Below, one piece after another: positions 63,101 to 64,000 of a stretch of DNA of 64,000 nucleotides. Origin of the DNA: Solirubrobacteraceae bacterium (GTDB lineage Bacteria; Actinomycetota; Thermoleophilia; Solirubrobacterales; Solirubrobacteraceae). The stretch is taken from NCBI GenBank assembly GCA_036490435.1, contig DASXDW010000206.1, positions 92 to 64,091 on the forward strand. The letters run 5' to 3'. The notes beneath the pieces are model-generated. The model worked only from the letters and a program-made list of their open reading frames with translations. It ran no database searches and was not told the DNA's origin. The position numbers and the translations under genes are program-made. Numbering within the stretch: the first letter of the stretch is position 1; each line of letters opens with the position of its first letter.

Positions 63101-63346
63101 CAGGAAGAACAGGAGCAGGCCGGCGGCCATGAACCACCACGCCGCCGCAGCCTTGGGCTTGTGCACGCGGATGCCGCCGACGACGCCGATGACGCCGTAC
63201 AGGCCGAGGCCGTTGATCACGGGGCCCGAGCCCTGGAACGGCGCCTTGAAGACGTAGAGGCCGCAGAGGATCGAGCCAACGGCGAGATACAGCCACCAGT
63301 AGTGGCGCGACCGCTTGGACATCCTGTCCGTTGCCGAGGTACTCAT
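60185..63346 (-). CDS. Membrane sensor PAS-GGDEF-EAL diguanylate cyclase/phosphodiesterase
   Basis: About 10 N-term TMs, GAF-like region, PAS, GGDEF, EAL (VEALLRW), DDFGTGYSS. Confidence 0.93.
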   Translation of the reverse strand: MSTSATDRMSKRSRHYWWLYLAVGSILCGLYVFKAPFQGSGPVINGLGLYGVIGVVGGIRVHKPKAAAAWWFMAAGLLLFFLGDVYTYSYPKLFHADVPFPSPGDAMYIGVYPVLMIGLLLLVRRRNQRAADGPGLIDAVIMSVGLSLVSFLFLIAPYIHDGTMSLIPKLVSIAYPTGDLILLAAAIRLAVDAGKRRPSFYLLIASIVTLLLTDFVYGILTLNGTYNHQLWLDAGWIFFYLLWGAAALHPSMVELSDVETGRESRLTGLRLVLLAGATLIAPILELTRTLPHNDWDAVVLIGASVVLFCLVVGRMAGLVRQREKAALREQALTAAGGLLVGATDRNEIVIAALQAVVELGGDHVDARLCRISGESVGVLAINERGGLSDWTVSGEVAALVQESDVRGVAMLPAYARQQLRLPIGEDPVLGLELRQGDASDSRLMFVVAGAPCGDADTRYAMRTLAHQVAMALGSAELSEEVHRQASEARFSTLVANATDLITVLRADNTIAYQSPSIERVLGYTADEVIGRSFESLLHPEEQGRLLRRLSDGAGLNGRPEAIDCLLQTKDGELRYFEILHSNLLDDDAVRGIVLNGRDVSERKEFEEQLAHQAFHDPVTHLANRALFNERVRHAVARALREGIGMSVVFVDLDDFKTVNDSLGHAAGDQVLIEVAQRISASIRAADTAARFGGDEFAILLEDVDDLQHAAETAERILEALGRPLQLDHNDIVIRASLGISVAEPGNPTDADELIRNADAAMYIAKGEGKGGYRVFEPAMHEQVMARLELRGDLQRALERDEFELHYQPLVRLRDGAVTSVEALLRWSHPTRGLIAPLDFIPFAEESGLIVPIGRWVLREGCRQAKLFRDQTTAPVRPGIGINLSVKQLFQSDIVADVRDALADADLDPTALTLEITESVMMTDIDTAVKRLTELRELGIRLAMDDFGTGYSSLSYLSRFPLDILKMDRSLLAAGASPVTSGLASAVLRLGETFDLEVVAEGIEYPEQSTTLRELGCETGQGFYFARPMVPGDLLSYLDERAGETDGTAVPAAT

Positions 63347-63356
63347 CCTGAGATGA

Positions 63357-64000
63357 CTATTCGGCGGGGGGACCCTGGAGCTTGAAGCGCTCGGCGACTT
63401 CGCCCAGCACGTCACACAAATGATCGACCTGCGCGTCGGTGTTGGCCGATGTCAGCTGCAGGCGGAAGCCCACCTCGTTGCGCGGCACGAGGGGGTAGGC
63501 GGCCATCGTCACGTAGATGCCGCGGTCGAACAACAGGTCGCCGACGGCGTCCAGGCTGTCGGGATCGGCCAGCGGAATCTCGACGATCGGGAAGCCGGAC
63601 TGGTTGGGGGTGTAGACGCCCAGCTCGTTGAGGCGGTCCAGCACGCGCCAGGTGAGGCGGTGCAGCGTGCCGCGCAACTGCTCGCCGCGCGTGTCGTTGA
63701 CCCGCAGGCCCTCGAGCACCGTGGCCAGCGAGGCGACCGGCGACGGGCCGGAGTACAGGTAGGGCGGCGCGGCGGTCTTGAGCACCTGCTTGACCGGAGT
63801 GGGGCAGGCCAGGAAGGCCAGCAGCGAGGAGTAGGCCTTGGAGAACCCGCCGACGAGCACGACGTTGTCATAGGTCTCGTTCAGGTGGCGCACGATGCTG
63901 TTGCCGCGAGCGCCGTAGTCGCAGACCTCGGCGTCCGAGCGCTCGCCGACGACACCAAAGCCGTGGGCGTCGTCGACGTAGAGCAGCGCGCCGTGCTCGC
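63357..64000 (-). CDS. PLP-dependent alpha-oxoamine synthase (AONS/BioF/CqsA fold), 5' end outside window
   Basis: YVDDAHGFG, FSKAYS (PLP Lys), YLYSGP, GFRLQLTS. Confidence 0.85.
   Translation of the reverse strand, partial: EHGALLYVDDAHGFGVVGERSDAEVCDYGARGNSIVRHLNETYDNVVLVGGFSKAYSSLLAFLACPTPVKQVLKTAAPPYLYSGPSPVASLATVLEGLRVNDTRGEQLRGTLHRLTWRVLDRLNELGVYTPNQSGFPIVEIPLADPDSLDAVGDLLFDRGIYVTMAAYPLVPRNEVGFRLQLTSANTDAQVDHLCDVLGEVAERFKLQGPPAE

Overview
High-GC chromosomal window of an actinobacterium. Gene content and frequent leaderless genes suggest Thermoleophilia/Solirubrobacterales; this assignment is an inference. About 55 CDS are present, with no rRNA, tRNA, CRISPR array, transposase or prophage seen. 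Recognisable content: a CsoR/permease-YHS copper module with its operator, a HipA-like kinase + DUF3037 pair, ppdK, a cspA region with small unannotated ORFs, TetR + secreted sulfatase + two arylsulfotransferases, a LAL (AAA-LuxR) regulator, a GMC oxidoreductase, a PASTA kinase, ppc, recCBD, araA, an S53 protease, Fpg/Nei, Prim-PolC, F420 enzymes, an MFS transporter, a membrane PAS-GGDEF-EAL protein and a truncated AONS-like PLP enzyme. Best candidates for undescribed systems: (1) a MarR-PDZ fusion regulator divergent from a signal-less HtrA-like protease; (2) a promoter/leader peptide/antiterminator-terminator attenuator with further small ORFs and tandem hairpins upstream of ppc; (3) an AONS/CqsA-fold enzyme + membrane c-di-GMP sensor + MFS operon resembling ketone autoinducer signalling; (4) a structured RNA with CGGGGG motifs directly downstream of the LAL regulator. 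All product calls come from motif recognition by eye; no searches were run.
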